A stretch of DNA of 64,000 bases from Cyanophora paradoxa CCMP329 (lineage: Eukaryota > Plantae > Glaucophyta). The DNA is taken from assembly GCA_004431415.1 (NCBI GenBank), contig QPMI01000632.1, positions 62,001 to 126,000 of the forward strand, given 5' to 3'. A model generated the notes under the pieces. The model had not been told where the DNA came from, ran no database searches, and saw only the letters and a program-made list of their open reading frames with translations. Of the stretch, positions 25,001 through 36,100 are shown piece after piece. The number at the start of each line of letters is the position of its first letter. Position 1 is the first letter of the stretch. Made by a program: the position numbers and the translations under genes.

Positions 25001-28000
25001 AACCCTGCTTGCGCCCGTATCGGTGCGCAGGCGTTCCTGCGACTTTGATGGCGCGTGCACGAATGTTCAGAATTGACTTGCTCTTGCGCAGACTCCCGCT
25101 GGTTCATCGCCGGGGTTCCTGACGGAACGAACTCAGTCACCTTGCAGTGCGCTCGCTCTTTTGTCGAGTCGAACCTCTTGTCGCGCGTCCAACTCGCTGC
25201 AGTGAGGTGGACCTGAGCGAGGCCGCGGCGGGGCGGCGGGAGCTCGCCTTGGTCGGGATCGCTTCCTCGGTCCCTTCCGCTGCGCTGCGGCTGGGCGCCT
25301 GCCAGGGCTTTCTCTTCGCAGCAGTCGCAGACTCCACGCTGCTTTATCTCGATACAAAAGGTCGGATCCGCTTGTTCTCTCGTACGACTCGCCCTTAGGT
25401 GGCCATGATCACGATTGGCTGCCCTCGTCAGATGCATCCGTCCGGCACGTTGCCCAAGTCACACTTGAGATTCCACTGGCCTTGTCGTTGCTGGTTGCGG
25501 ACTGTGCCTCGTGCACTTCGTGCGTTGTTTTTGGTCACCTGGATCCCCCGGGCCCACGGTGACGCGCACCGTTCCAGATTTGTCTACGGTGCAAACAAAA
25601 CCGCAAGTGTTTCGTACCTCTTCTCTCTCACAGGTGCTTGAGCTTCTTCCGTCATGTCAGCTCTGCGCATCGCCGATCTGTCTGCGGGCAGGCACTGTCC
25701 CGCTACCCGCTGCAACCTGCACGTATCCTGCGCCTGGCGAACAGCCAGCAGAGCCGCTGTCGCTCGTCTTTAGCGTCGCCTTCACAGATCCCGTCTCGTC
25801 CCCTTCTCCTTCTCCCACAAACGTACCATCCCCACTGCTTCAGCAGACCCCGACGCCGTCCCCTGCAGCTGCCCCCTTGGACACCCCGGGCCCGACTCCG
25901 ACGTCGACGTCGAGGCCGAGCCCAGCGCCCAGGGCCGTGGTCTTCAGCTTCTGGCTCTCCGTCCAAGCGACGCCGGAGGAGTGCGCGTCCTACCTGCAGC
26001 GGCACACCGTCTCCTTCGTCTCGGCAGAACTCGCTCGGCTCGTCTTCTCCACGTTGTCGATCAGCTCAAGCGCTGAAGAGGTGAGATTCGGATGTTGCGG
26101 ATGTCGGAGAGATCTCTTCGAGGTTCAAACTTAGAGGTATCTTCGCGCAGAGCCGAGTGCAAGTGACGGAAATGCGATGCGGGTCCGTTTTGTTCCGCGT
26201 CGAAGTGCTCAAGGCTGCCTCGCCCGCACCCGGATCAGCGATCTCGCCCGTGCCCGACCTCTTCATCCTCGAAGCCGTGGCGAACCTAACTCGCGGGGGC
26301 CGCCTCATCATGCCGGGCTTTGAGGGCCGGCCGGCGTCCGCCATGTTCAACGCGTCCTTCGCGCCCGACGTGCCGCCGTCCGGCTCCGACGCCGTCGCTC
26401 TCGCGCGCGGCGAAGTCATCACCATCGCCAACGCCGCGCCGACGCCGCCGCCAAGGAGCGCCAGCGGCTCGGACGCCGCCAACGAGCCCCGCACGGGGGA
26501 TGCGAATGGCAGTGGTGCAGGCTCTCCCAGCCCAATCGGCGCGGCGGCCGGCGGAGCCGCGGCGGCCGGCGCGGCAGGGCTCGCGCTTGCGCTCGCACTA
26601 TACGTCATCAAGAGGAGGCGCCGGCGAGCGTACAGTGCCGGCAATGCTGGACTTGCCACTCCCTCCGCGGATTGGGAGATCCCCGCCACGGTTTGTGCAT
26701 CGCTTGCGCTTGACTTGCTCTCCCGACCCGAACGTCGCAGTCTTCGGACTCGTATGTGGGCGGCGGTCATGCACCCGCTTCGCTTTTGCAAACGACAACG
26801 GCGTTCGACCCCCTGAGCAACGGCTCTGCCACGAGCGTCTGGGTACGAACGGCATCGACCATGATGGAAACCTACGCCTCAAAGACGCGTGTTGACTTCT
26901 CGGGCAGATCGACTTCCCTGCGCTGAGCGGCCGCGAGATCGACCTGCTTCGTATCGTTGGAGCCGATGCGGTCTCTCGAGGGGGCAAGCCCGCCATCAGC
27001 GCCCCCGACCTTACGCTCGCCCAACGCGCCGCCATCTCGCCTCCAAAGCCAATTCCGCCCACCCTCCTGAAATGCGTGCAAGAGCCGCTCGCAATGCTCG
27101 GGGAGGGATCCTTCGGCCGCGGTCCGTTAACTTCAATTTGCTCTCGCGTGTTCAGTCGCCGGCGCATTGCGATCGCGACCAACGCCCCGGCGCAGTGTAC
27201 GCGGTTTGCATGCCGGAAGCAGTGGCGACGTGGCTCCCCAAGCCGGCCGAGGGCGACCAAGCCGATCCGAGGCTGAGCACGATCAAGCGCGCGGTCAAAG
27301 AGGTGTCGTTGACAGACCAGGCCGTCGCCGCCCGCGAGATCCACGGAGCCCGCCTCCAGATGGTGCTTCCATTGGGGCTCCGAAATCGCCGAACAAACGA
27401 ATTCGTCTTACAGCTTTCTTCCTTCCGCAGCTGTGCGAGCACCCGAACGTGCTCCGCTGCGAGGCGATCTTCGCCGACCGCTTCAAGCTCTACATGGGTC
27501 CGCCCGCCGCTCCGCGGCCGACTCGTTTGCTGAGCGCCCGTCTGTCTGCAGTGCTGCCGCTGGCGGACATGTCGCTGAGCTCCCTCCTCGCGAACCGCGG
27601 CGTCCTCCCGTCGGACCTCGTCGCCTCGTTCGCCCTCCAGATCGCCTCGGGTGGGCAGACGCAATCTCGAGGGAAGAGGGGCCCGCCCAACGCCGCCGCC
27701 GCCCAACACCTCGACAGGGATGGCGTACCTTCACCACGAGCTGGCTCGGCCCGTCGCGCACCGGGACTTGGTGCGCGCGGTGCACTGACCTTCCGCGTCT
27801 GCGCCTCATCACGACTGCTTGTTTCTCCCGCAGAAACCGCAGAACATCCTCGTCTTTCGCGGGGTGAGCCGGTTTCCTCGCGATGAAACCGGTCCGCCGC
27901 TGACGCTCTGCTTTGAAAGGACGGCGAAGGGACATCGCTGACGCTCCGCCTGTGCGATTTCGGTGCATGGGGTTGCACTTTGCGCGTTGCCAGCTCTTAC

Positions 28001-28741
28001 ACCCTCAATCCGCCAGGGATCTCCCGGCACGTCGAGACCGCCAAATCGCTGCGCGGCACCTTGTGCGCGCGCCCGCCGCCAACGCTTGTCGCCGGATGAC
28101 GTTCCGCCGCAGGGTCTACCTCCCTCCGGAGATTTACTCGAAGGAGCATACGTCTACCAAGGCCGACGTGCGTGCAGGGCGCTGCAGCTGGGCTCGGGGC
28201 GCGACGCGTTGACGCCGCGATCGCCTTCCGCTCAGGTTTGGGCGTTCGGCCTCATTCTGATGGAGATGGCGACGGGGGGGAAGCCCTTCGGCGGCCAGAT
28301 GATCGGGCCGGAGGAGCTGACCAAGGGCCAGCCGTACCCGCGGGCCGCCTTTCACGTCGTCCCCGAGCCGCTGCGCCCGCTGGCGCGCGCCTGCCTGGAC
28401 AAGAAGCCCCTGCAACGGCCCACTTTCCTGTGCGCCCCGTCCATCCCCTTAAGAATACAGCGATTCAACAGCGCGCTGACCGATTTGCCCGCAGCGAGAT
28501 CCGCGAGTCCCTCGCGCGCCTTCTGACGACGGAAGCCCCGCGACCCGAGCCGCGGCCAAGGCCGATGCCGGCGACGGTCGAGGTCGAGATCGTGCCCGAC
28601 GTCGAGCCCGCTAGCGCTGCAGCGGCCTCGCACGGGATCCAAAGCGCGGCCGAGGGCCCGCGGCACGCCCCAGCCGCCGTCGGCCTCTCTGCAGCGTCGT
28701 CCGACGGGGACGTCAGAGCAGTCGTCGTTCAGGTGGACTGA
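13086..28741 (+). CDS. Giant single-pass receptor-like protein kinase (kelch, ~17 beta-sandwich modules, kelch, Pro/Thr stalk, SEA-like, TM, kinase)
   Basis: Hydrophobic ALVLATTLALAQ. Kelch motifs: LFMAVGG, IWIHNLEARTW, KLAVVGG..DIW, MYLHGG, VARAYHCSTVFNRTLWVVGG. Repeated ~100-aa exons carry GQNxS and paired Cys. TM AAGLALALALYVI followed by KRRRRR. Kinase motifs across introns: LGEGSFG, AVK, HPN, HRDLKPQN, DFG, YLPPE, DVWAFG. TGA at 28739-28741. That 13-25 kb is a single gene is an inference. Confidence 0.75.
19838..23172 (+). repeat. Tandem array of ~4.5 x 749-bp units, each with 2 exons and 2 introns, inside the receptor kinase
   Basis: Near-identical ORFs at 19889, 20638, 21387, 22136 and 22887. 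One unit = exon 19869-20168 (300) + intron 69 + exon 20238-20540 (303) + intron 77 = 749. Confidence 0.95.
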
Positions 28742-28972
28742 TCACGATCATGATGAATTCTCCAGGCTCCTCCGGATCCTCCACGGCGACCAGCAGTGCT
28801 TGAGCTCCTCCTCGCCCAGGCTTCTCGGGACGTCGACGTCTGCACAGTTGTCTGCACAGTTGTCGTCCAAGCGGACTGATATCGATCGTGATCCGACAGG
28901 CTCCACTAGATCTCCTTTAACTCCCCCCGCCTTTCTTCACCGCTTCACTACGTCTCCTACTACGTGCCTCTA

Positions 28973-29374
28973 CCGTAGTACTACTAGTACTACGTCAAGA
29001 GGCACGCGCGCCGTGACGCGCTAGTTCCTATTGCGCGCGCTAGCTCTGCTGGTTATCATTTGTTTGCTGCCAGGCTGTGAATTTGTCTGTCTGTTAGTGC
29101 GCGATCCTTGTCTGTGGTTTGCTCTAGCTCTGCTAGTTATAGTTGGTTAGCTTAGTTTATAAGGGCAGCAAGCTGCAGCGCGTCATGACGCGTACGATCA
29201 GCTGCAGCCAGCTGCAGCACGTTAGCCAGCTCGTGCCTGCCAGCGCTAGCAGCTGCAGATCTGATCTTAAGTCTCGATCTAATTCAGCTTAGCTAGCTTA
29301 TTTCAGTCTCGAATGCATGAGCATGCAGTGCTAGACGTGCTTTTCAATTGTATCAAGTTAACTTAGTACTACGG
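28973..29374. mobile_element. Putative MITE (TA-flanked, CCGTAG termini)
   Basis: TA|CCGTAGTACTA ... TAGTACTACGG|TA, an 11-bp TIR with TA on both sides. It has the same terminal CCGTAG as the MITE at 61113. Confidence 0.45.
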
Positions 29375-29850
29375 TAAGAATATGGGTAGACCGTCGGATT
29401 TGTGTACGTATACTTAAGTCGGATAAGAATATGTGTGCTCTACCGAAGTACGTATACGAAATTAATTAATGTTCGCCTCAAAACTTGCGGCAGCTGCATG
29501 CCATGCAGTGCGTGTACGTGCCGCAGTGCATGCACGCGTGCATAAATTACAAGTGCGTACGCGTACGCGTGTATACGTACATGTGCAAATTGATCATGAG
29601 CTTCCAATTGCAAATCCGGATCCGATCATGCATATGAGGCATGTTGTTGAAAACGCCTTGCAATTGTCATCTTAGTCTTGTCTGTACACATCTGTACACA
29701 CATGCAGGGCTCGCGAATCACTTCGCAGCTTATTATATAATATAAGAAAGTCTGCTCGTGCCGGTGCGGGCGCGGCTGCGAGGCTTGCTGTCGCTGCGCA
29801 CGTGACGTCCTCCAGAGCCGGCTTCGAATTCAGGGCCCGGCGGCCCGCGC

Positions 29851-32679
29851 TCAGAAGGCGCGGGTGAAGGCGCCCTCGACGGCGGCGACGCTGGCGAGGA
29901 GGGAGCGGGCGGGGCCGGCGAGCCCCGCGGCGCGCGCCTCTGCCGCCCGCCGCTGCTCCTCCGCCCGCCCCACCAGCTCCTGCATCTTCCCGCCGGGGCA
30001 CCGTGATCAGCGGCCGGCGCCACACTGATCGGGCGTAGCATTATCTAATTCTCCCGCGTGCAGAAGGGGCCAATGTAGTGGGGCAAGGCGCCGGCTTCTC
30101 TGAAGAGGGCGGGGCGTGCGGGGCGGCCCCGCAAAGGCCCACCTGGGCGGCGTTGGAGCGGATCTCTGAGGCGGCCTCCGTCAGCGCCTGCATGTCCCTG
30201 CTGGCGGCCGGATCAGATCAGATCAGATCAGATCAGATCAGATCAGATCGGACGGGGTGGGGTCGTACCCGGCGACGGCGCGCTCGAGGGCGTGCCGGAG
30301 CCGCTGCATGCGCCGCGTGACGCCCTCCCAGTCCACCGCCTCCCCCGCCGCCGCGGCCGGCGCCCCCGGCTCGCCCTCCAGGTCCTGCCCCGCGGGGAGG
30401 CCGCCGCCGGGCTCGAGCGGACCGGGGGGCACGCGTCGCGGACGCACGGCGCTCTGCGCGCGGACCTTCGCCAGCAGCGCGTCCACTTCGGAGACCTGCG
30501 GTTCGGCTCGGCCCGGGCCCGGTTCGCGCGCGGGCCGGCGCCGCGGGGCACCAGGGCGTGAGAGTCACGGACTTTGGAGCGGAGCTCTTCGGCCGGTACC
30601 CCCCGCCGCGCCGCCAGGTCCTCCACCGACTGCGCGGCGCCCGCGTCGGAGGGGGCGCAAGGGCGAGGGGGGTACGCCGGTCGGCGCCGACCCTGGGGGG
30701 CGAGGGGCGGATCGCCTTGGTCGGGGTCGGCCCGCCGCCCTCGGAGAAGGTGCGCCCGCGGCCCGTCTCGGCCTGCGACCGCTCCCCGCTCAGGGGCGGC
30801 CTGGGGGAGAGCGCTGGAAACGCGGGAGAGCGTTCACCTGCCGGCGCCAGAACTCGAGCTGGGTGCGGAGGGACGCCACCTCAGCCTTCAGATCCGACTC
30901 CGCGTCCCCGCTGAGGCCCGTGGCCGCGGCCGCGGCCGGCGCCGGCGCCGCGGCGAGGGCCGCGGGAGGCTCGGTCTGCGTGGCGCCCTCGCGCAGCGAC
31001 GCCGGCCGCGGGGTCGTGGCCAGCCGCGGGAACGGCACGGGGCTCAGGCTCATGGTCTGTCCACGGCGGCGTGAGGAGCGAGGGGGAGGAAGGAGGGCGG
31101 AGCGGGCACGCCTGCTGGGCCCCGCCAGCGCGGGGCGTGCCGGGGCTGCTCTCGAAGCGCTCGCGCATGGCTCGTACCCCCCCGCCGCGCTCGGCCGGCT
31201 TCTGCTTCTGCGGGGGCGGCGCGGGTCGGGTCGGAGAAACCCCGTCGGGGCGGTCGGCCGCGCACGGCGTCCGGGGCGACGGCGGGGCGCTGGGCGGGGG
31301 GCACGGGCTCCGAGTTCCATCCCTCCGGCGGCTCCTGCGCGCGGTTCGGCCAAGGGAGGAAGGGCGCGGGCCGCAGCCGCGGCCAGCGGCAGTGCGGCGG
31401 GAGATGGCACCGGTACCTGCAGCTCGGGCGGGCGGCGGCGGGCCTTGATGCCGGCTGGAGAGCCCTGCGGCGGGCGCGCCTCAGATCTCTGGGAGCGGTG
31501 CGCGAGACAGCGGCGGCGGGCGCGCGGGCCTTCTTCGCGGTGTCTGGCGCCGCCCCGCCGTGCGCGGCGGCGACCGCGCGCTCGAGCTGCTGCCGGAAGG
31601 TGTCCCGCTCCTGAAGGGCCGCCTGCAGCCTGCGCGGGGCCGGCGGGCTTGCAGATCGCAAGAGAGGAAGGAGCGCGCGCGCGCGCGCCTCTGCTGCAGC
31701 TCCTGGAGGCCGGGGGAGGGCGGCTGCGCGGGCGGCGCGGGCGACGGGGCCTCCCTGGCCTTCGGGCCGCGGACCAGGCCGTCGATCTGCGCCTCGAGCT
31801 GCCCCGCGAGGCGGAACGCCGACTCTTTCTCCGACTCCAGCTGCCGCCCCATGTGCAAGTGAGCTGGCGCCGAGTTTGAGATTTAGATGCGGCGCACTTC
31901 GTGGCATGAGCGCGAGAGCTCCTCCAGCTGTGCCTTCAGGGTGGCCTCGCGCTCTGCCGACTCGCTGACAACCTCCTGTGCGGCGATGAGGGAGCCGAGA
32001 CGAGTATTCGAAAGTCAAGCACGTCCGGACGTGCCTGAAGCCGTGCGCGCTCGCGGTTCGCCTCCTCCAGCAAGCCTCGCAGCGATGCAATGTTCGCCTG
32101 CATTACCTGAGAGCGGCTGAGCATCCGAATGGGGAGGAATGCGCACGGAGAACCTTCTTCTTTGGACTGGGGCTGCGGTCCGAGCGCCCGAAGGATGGGG
32201 CCTTGGCCGGAGTGCCAGGAACCTTCTCGGCCTTGCCTGGCGTGTCAGGAGGCGCTTCGCGCGGCGATTCCGCGGCTGCAGGCGGCGCCGGCTCGGAGGC
32301 GCTCGCGAGAACGGCGCTGAGGTCGAGCGGGGCTGGCGGCGGCGCGACTTCGGAGAGAGGGCGCGCGGCCACGTCTGCTGATATGCTCACACTATTCACA
32401 TCCGCGGGATTGATCGGAGCGGGACCATGCGCGGCGCCGGCGGCGGGCGGCGGCGACACCGGCTCTGCAAACAGGCGCGACACGTCCGCGGCAGCGCCGG
32501 GCGAAATGGCACGTCCGGGACCTCCTCCAGCGTCCTTCTTCTGTAAAAGCCGGGAACGGCGTGAGAATGCGCCGAGGCTGACGAAAACCCAGAAACCGAA
32601 CCGCGCGAGCGCCGCGCGGGCAAAATCGACGCGTACGTGCCACGCGCACCTTCGAGCGGCCGCGCAAAAGCTTCAACAT
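29851..32679 (-). CDS. Coiled-coil protein of unknown function, multi-exon
   Basis: MLKLLRGRSK is followed by a GTGCG donor. The next exon is KKDAGGGPGRAISPG. Heptad-like exons include IASLRGLLEEANRER, LESEKESAFRLAGQLEAQIDGL and LKAEVASLRTQLEFW. It ends VEGAFTRAF-TGA at 29851. Confidence 0.65.
30211..30249. repeat. (GATCA)n microsatellite
   Basis: About 8 consecutive GATCA units, probably intronic. Confidence 0.9.
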
Positions 32680-33183
32680 GGTGGTTCTTTGGTGCGGATG
32701 ATTTTGGCAAATGTACCCTGGTTGGTGGGGTACGGCAATGTACTGTCGATTGGGTCGAAACGATGCCATGATGGCCGCATGGACGTTCTCTGTACATGTG
32801 CGTCTTCTGCTTAGGATGTCCTTCCCCTGCCCGGTTCGCTATTGCTCGCTTCGATGTCTGCTGGACCAGTGCGGGTCTAATCTCTGACGGGATGCATGCA
32901 TGGGTACAAGTGCATGCTGGAAATTCGGAAAAGAAAGGAAATTCCCGGGCCCGGATACACGTGAATGCCATTCGCTCGCATGCGCAGTCTGCAATGTTCA
33001 GCATGATCAGCTGCAGCTGCGCACATGCTCCATCGCACGGTTGGTAGCGCTTCTTTGCAGCCAGCTGCAGTCAGGCCTTCGGAAGCATCGGGAATCGGGA
33101 TGAGTCTAAATCATCAGGCCGCACGATAGAGGAGCTCGGGGGGCCCGCCGCCCTTGCGGGACCGCACCCGATCCGGCGGCAGG

Positions 33184-36100
33184 ATGCAGTTCGCTCGCGT
33201 CAAGCCGCTTGCAATTGGCGCGGGCGGGCCGCCGCTCGGCAGGGACGGGCCGCCGCGCGATGAGTCCCCCGCCACAGCTGCCACGTTGCCCACGGCGGAC
33301 CTCGCCTCCTCCCTGCGCGGCGGCGGCACCTGGAGATGCATATGGCGCATGCGGTGCGCGCCGCGGCCCATGCTCGCCGAAACGATCATGCGCGGCCGGC
33401 TCACGCCCCGACGCGCTCGGCGCGCAGGTTCGCGGACGGGGCGCGGGAGGGGCGGTTCGAGGAGCAGTACGCGCAGCGCGGCCGCGTCCGCTTCCGCATC
33501 CTCTTCGCCATCGGCGCCCTCGCCTCCGCCGGCGACGGTGCGCCGCCCCTCGTCGCGGCGACGCCGCCGCCGCTGGCGCCGCGCCCGCTTGACCCGCCGC
33601 CGCCGCCGCCGCCGCCGCCGAGCGCAGTCGGATGGGCGATGTCCAACGCGCAAACCCGCACAGAGTCCGACTTGTACCTGCGCGGGTGAGGGCCCCTCGC
33701 ATCGCCTTCGCGCCTTTCGTCGCCCGCCCCGCCCGACCCGCCGCCCCAGCGCCATACTCGGTTGGATGGCGCTGCTGTGCGCCGCTTCTTTCACGCCCTT
33801 CTACGCGCGCCTGCGGCCACGCCGCGCCTTTACGTTCACCCTCACGGTGCCTCCCCCCTTCACCCCCCAGCTGCCGTGTACCCCCGCCCGCCGGCGACGT
33901 ACCCCTCCGCAGGGTATCCTGACTACCTATGCCCTCTTCTGCGCGCGGCGGGCCTCCGGGTCCTACTGGATCGCGTCGTACCCCCCGTACTGTGCGCCCT
34001 CCGGCCGCCCCGCCCCTCAGCTCCCCGCCCGCCCTCCCTCACAGCGGAGGCGGCGCCGCCCGCCTTCAGACGACCTTATGGCCCCTGCGGTGGCCATCGC
34101 GGTGTTTCTCTTCGGGCACGTGCCGCTGCGGTACTCGACTGGCGTCCTGCCCCTCCTGGCGACCCTCTCGCTCGCCGGGGACTTTGTGGGCGCCGCCACC
34201 GCCCCGCCCGAGATGCGCCGGCAGGGCATCCTCGTAGCAGTCTCCGTCCAGGTCTCCGCGGGCGCCCGCCCGCGATGGCGCCGGCGCCTCTGACCTCGAC
34301 GCCCCGCCTCAGGTCCTCCTCGCGATCCTGACGGCCCTCGTCATCAACGCCGGTGAGGCGTACCCCGCCCCCCCGCCCTTCTCCGACGCGCGCGGGCCCC
34401 GCCGAGCGCCGGCCCCGGGTACAGCGGTGCGGTACGAGGCGGAGGCGCGGCGCTCGTTTCTCATGACAGAGACGGTCGAGCGCGTGCGGGAGAGTGCCGT
34501 CGCGCACGCCGCCGCCGCCAGCGCCGCCCTCCACAACCTCCTCCCCGAACCCGTGCGCCCGCGCCGGCGCCGGCGCCCCGACCAGCCCTCCCTGGCGCCC
34601 CTCTGACTCGGGCCGGTCTGCAGGTCATCGACGCTGTGCAGCGGGACGAGTGGGGCCGCATCAACCGCCTCCACGAGAGCGCCACCGTCGTCTTTGTCTC
34701 GGCCAGGGCGGCGCCCGCGGCGGCAGCGGGGCCCGCGGCGGCGGCGCAGGCGCGCCCGGGGCGGGCGCGGGCCGGCTGGTCCGCGGCGCGGGAGCGGGAG
34801 CGCGGCGTTCGGGCCGATGCAGGCGCTGATGGCGGCGCTGGAGGGGCTGGCGGAGCGGCACGGCGTCATCAAGATCAAGTCGATGGGCACGACCTTCATG
34901 GTGCGAGGGGCGGGGGCAGAGCCGAGCAGAGCGAGGAGAGGCCAGCGGGGCGGCGCGTTGGCATCCGCTGACGACGGGCGCGCAGGGCGTTGCCGGCGTC
35001 TCCTTCGACGAGGAGGAGGAGGAGGAGGCGCCCCGCGCAGACGAGGGCGGGGCGGGGGCGGGGGAGGACGGGGGCGGCTCGCGCCCGACGCCCGCCGCCC
35101 ACGCGCTGCACCACACGGAGGCGGCGGCGGCGTTCGCCCTGGAGGCCGTGCAGGCGGCCCGCGGCCTGGGCTTCTCCGTCAAGGCCGGCCTCTACGAGTG
35201 CGCCCCTGGCGAAGCTTAGCTCAGCGCGGCTGACGGCGCGGCAGGGGCGCCGTCGTCACGGGCGTCATCGGCTGCCGCCTCGCCTTCGACTGCTTCGGCG
35301 ACGCCTGCAACCTCGCCCAGCGGTGCCCGCGCCTGCCGCCCCTCGCTCCCCTGCGCCCGCTCGCCCGGCCGACGGCGGGCCGCCAGGATGTGCCTGCACG
35401 GGGAGGAAGGGCGCGTGCAGCTCCCCGCCCACGCCCGCGACGTCATCCGGGTGCGCCCGGGCGAACCGCAGACCGCGCGGTCGCCCTTTCTCAACGCGCT
35501 TCCGCAGGGCCACGCCGCGAACGACTCGCCCCCACTTCGCTTCACCGCCCCGCGCGCCTGCCTCGTCAAGGGGCGCGGCCCCGTCGCGACCTGCTTCGTC
35601 GAGCGGGGTACCGACGCCGACGCGCGCTCGGAGCCGACGGCGACGTCGGCTACCCCCGGCGCGCTGGAGTCCCCCCTGCTGGAATCGGCTCCGCACGGGC
35701 CAGGCCCCGCCCCCGAGCCGCCGCCCGCCTCCGCCCCCGCAGGCGACACCGTTTCCCTCGACTCGCTGACCACGGCTCCCGAACACCGCGGTACCCCCGC
35801 CCCTTCTCCCCCCTTTCGTCCTCTGATGGAGCGGCGCAGGGTCGACGGAGAGCGCGGGGCGGGCGCTGCTGCAGCAGCGGGCGCGCGCCGCGGAGGGCGG
35901 GGTCCTTCTTGCCAAGCCCCGTAGCTTCTCGGGCCGTTCCCGCCAGCGCTCCTCGATCGCCTACATCGAGGCGGCTGCGGTGCTGGCCGCCCGGGGCGGG
36001 GCGGAGAGCCCCGTCACGGCGCGGCGCCACAGCGCCATGCCCTCCATTGCGCTGCCCGCCTACGCCCCCTCCGCCTCCCTCCTCGCCCGCCTGCCCAACG

